From the human T2T-CHM13v2.0 reference genome, Homo sapiens, in NCBI RefSeq assembly GCF_009914755.1, contig NC_060930.1: a stretch of 64,000 nt of DNA. One strand, written 5' to 3'. Of the stretch, positions 61,745-64,000 are shown piece by piece. The position numbers and the translations under genes were made by a program. Positions within the stretch are counted from its first letter, which is position 1, and every line of letters starts with the position of its first letter. Below the pieces are notes generated by a model. The model did no database searches. It was not told where the DNA came from and saw nothing but the letters and a program-made list of their open reading frames with translations.

Positions 61745-61980
61745 AATATATTTGTTAAACATTTATATGAAGCTGACTATGTGCCAGACCCTGTTCTCAA
61801 TGCTTTGTAAAGTTTAATTTGTAATTTTCAGTCTTCTAACAAGTATGTGATACAGCGACTATGATTATGCCCATTTTATTGGTGAGGAGATCAAGATCTG
61901 CAGAGAGTGAAGTAGCTCATTGAAGAGCCAGAGATGAGATTTAAACCCAGGTTCTATTACTGAGGCCAAACTCTTCTAGA
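61745..61980 (+). mobile_element. MIR
   Basis: actatgtgccagac...cccattttattggtgaggag...gatttaaacccagg. Confidence 0.7.
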
Positions 61981-61999
61981 TGAGATTGAACTGTTGTTG

Positions 62000-62700
62000 T
62001 TGTTGTTTTGACTTTTCATTTGGAAATAATTCCAAATTTTCAGAAAAGCTTTGAGACTAACAATAGCACACACTCTTTACTGAGATCCACTTACTGTTAA
62101 CACAGATAAAATTGCTTTTCTAAAACGCGCATGCCTATATAGTCACCTTTACCCTAGAATACTTGAGTGCATCTTTGCTAAGAATAGGAATATTCTCTTA
62201 CAGAACCACTGAGTATTTATCCACTTGAGTAAATTTAACATTGATTTAATTTATTCAATGGTAGTCTGTATTTCCATGATGACAGTTGACCCAATAATGC
62301 CCTTTCTTATTTCCTCTGGGATGGGATCCAGTCTAGGGCCCGACATTTGGATCTAGTTGTCATGTCTCTCTGGCCTCCTTTAATCAGAAACATTCCCACA
62401 GCCTTCCTTTATCTTTCATAACAATGACAGGCAGCAGAATAAGTTTCCCTGTGCCTTTTAAAGACAGAACAAATGTTCTTCATTGTGTTTGTCTGATGTT
62501 TCCTCACGATGAGGCGAGAAAATGAAATACTGCGTAAGTGATCCTGCATCCGTCTCAAAAAAGGTCTCATTTCTGGAGACACTGATGTCCTTCTCACCTC
62601 ATTGGCGGTGTTGATTTTGATCATTCCTCCCCTCCAGGGCGTTGACTGATTTCCCCATGGTGTAAATTACTACTTTTCCTTTGCATCTAATAAGCAGCCT
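62000..62700 (-). mobile_element. old L1M (MC/ME) 3' fragment
   Basis: tggaaataattccaaattttcagaaaag and tctgatgtttcctcacgat. Confidence 0.6.
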
Positions 62701-63398
62701 GTGGGGAGCCTGAAATATGTTTCTTGCCAGGTGGAGGCACGGTCATAAGGAGCAGTGTGTGTGTGTGAGGATGGAGAGAAGCCCTTCCCTTCTAGGGGAA
62801 CGTGAGGAGAGTGGAGGGTGCACTTCCTCCACCTGCAGCTGGAAGGTCTGTGCGCCTTTCAGTGATGAAGCTTACAGATGGATGTTGCAGGGCTTTGGGT
62901 AGGGCCTGGACCAGGCTCCAGGTAGAGTATTTCGGGCTTGGATGTTTTCAGGCACCAATAAGTCAAGCTTGCATTGATGATATTACAAAGTGGCAGAGGT
63001 GCCTCCTGAATGAAAAAGAAATGGAATCCTAACCCTGACTTCTGTCTTTGAGGGTAAAACATATAAAAACATGTCTGATGCCGGATTTCTGGGAAGGGCA
63101 TTGGTTTCTGGAGGGGAGATTGATAATGGCAGAGATGGAAGTCTGGGCCAGTTTCACACCAGAGGCAGGGGGAAGTTGCAAGGAAAGATTGATTTAGGGT
63201 GTGAAATTGCCAACAGATGAAGTTGTTCCACCTGGCACCCTGGTGGTGGATGTATATGGAAGAAAACTTGCTATGAGCCGCAGTTCTGGAGCCCCTCCCT
63301 TTCTACTGTGGAACATATTGGCTCAGCACACGGAGGAGCAGAGCCCATGCTTCTTTATACATTCAGAGAGCATCAGAGCTCTCACATGTGGCTAATCA

Positions 63399-63840
<442 letters not shown>

Positions 63841-64000
63841 TTACTGATATTGGGCATCAAATTTGTCTCTGACCTTTACAGTAAAGGAAAACATGATCAG
63901 TTAATTGCAAAAATCTTGTTTCCATGAGAAAAAGCATATCAGTTACTCAGGACAAATGAAATATCCCCTGATGCTTAAATATGAATACGTTTGCCTATAA

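Noticed and set aside
63321-63342. REST/RE1-like motif tcagcacacggagg
   Set aside because: Spacing and right half-site deviate from consensus; too weak to call

Overview
Human (primate) genomic DNA, repeat-rich. I recognise it as the SMIM13 / ERVFRD-1 (syncytin-2) locus on 6p24, from the SMIM13 terminal-exon peptide and a HERV-FRD provirus lying antisense in its intron. Positions 1-6136 hold the 5' part of that provirus on the minus strand: MER50-type 5' LTR, tRNA-His PBS, splice donor, long leader and broken gag-pro-pol. The env gene lies beyond the left edge. About 6.1-28.3 kb is SMIM13 intron filled with Alu, L1, MaLR and MIR elements. The last SMIM13 coding exon is at 28323-28522, followed by a 3' UTR of about 4.1 kb ending near 32655. 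The best signal is inside that UTR: an old, internally deleted Tc2/pogo (Kanga-like) DNA transposon with decayed ends still carries an intact 198-codon ORF. The ORF encodes Brinker-type and CENP-B-type DNA-binding domains but no DDE core, and it keeps 11 CGN arginine codons, which suggests a domesticated downstream ORF. The rest of the window is intergenic repeat sequence. It includes a PAGE4/GAGE-family processed pseudogene missed by the ORF track, a candidate CTCF site and several local inverted or tandem duplications. Repeat subfamily names and most repeat boundaries were called by eye and are approximate.
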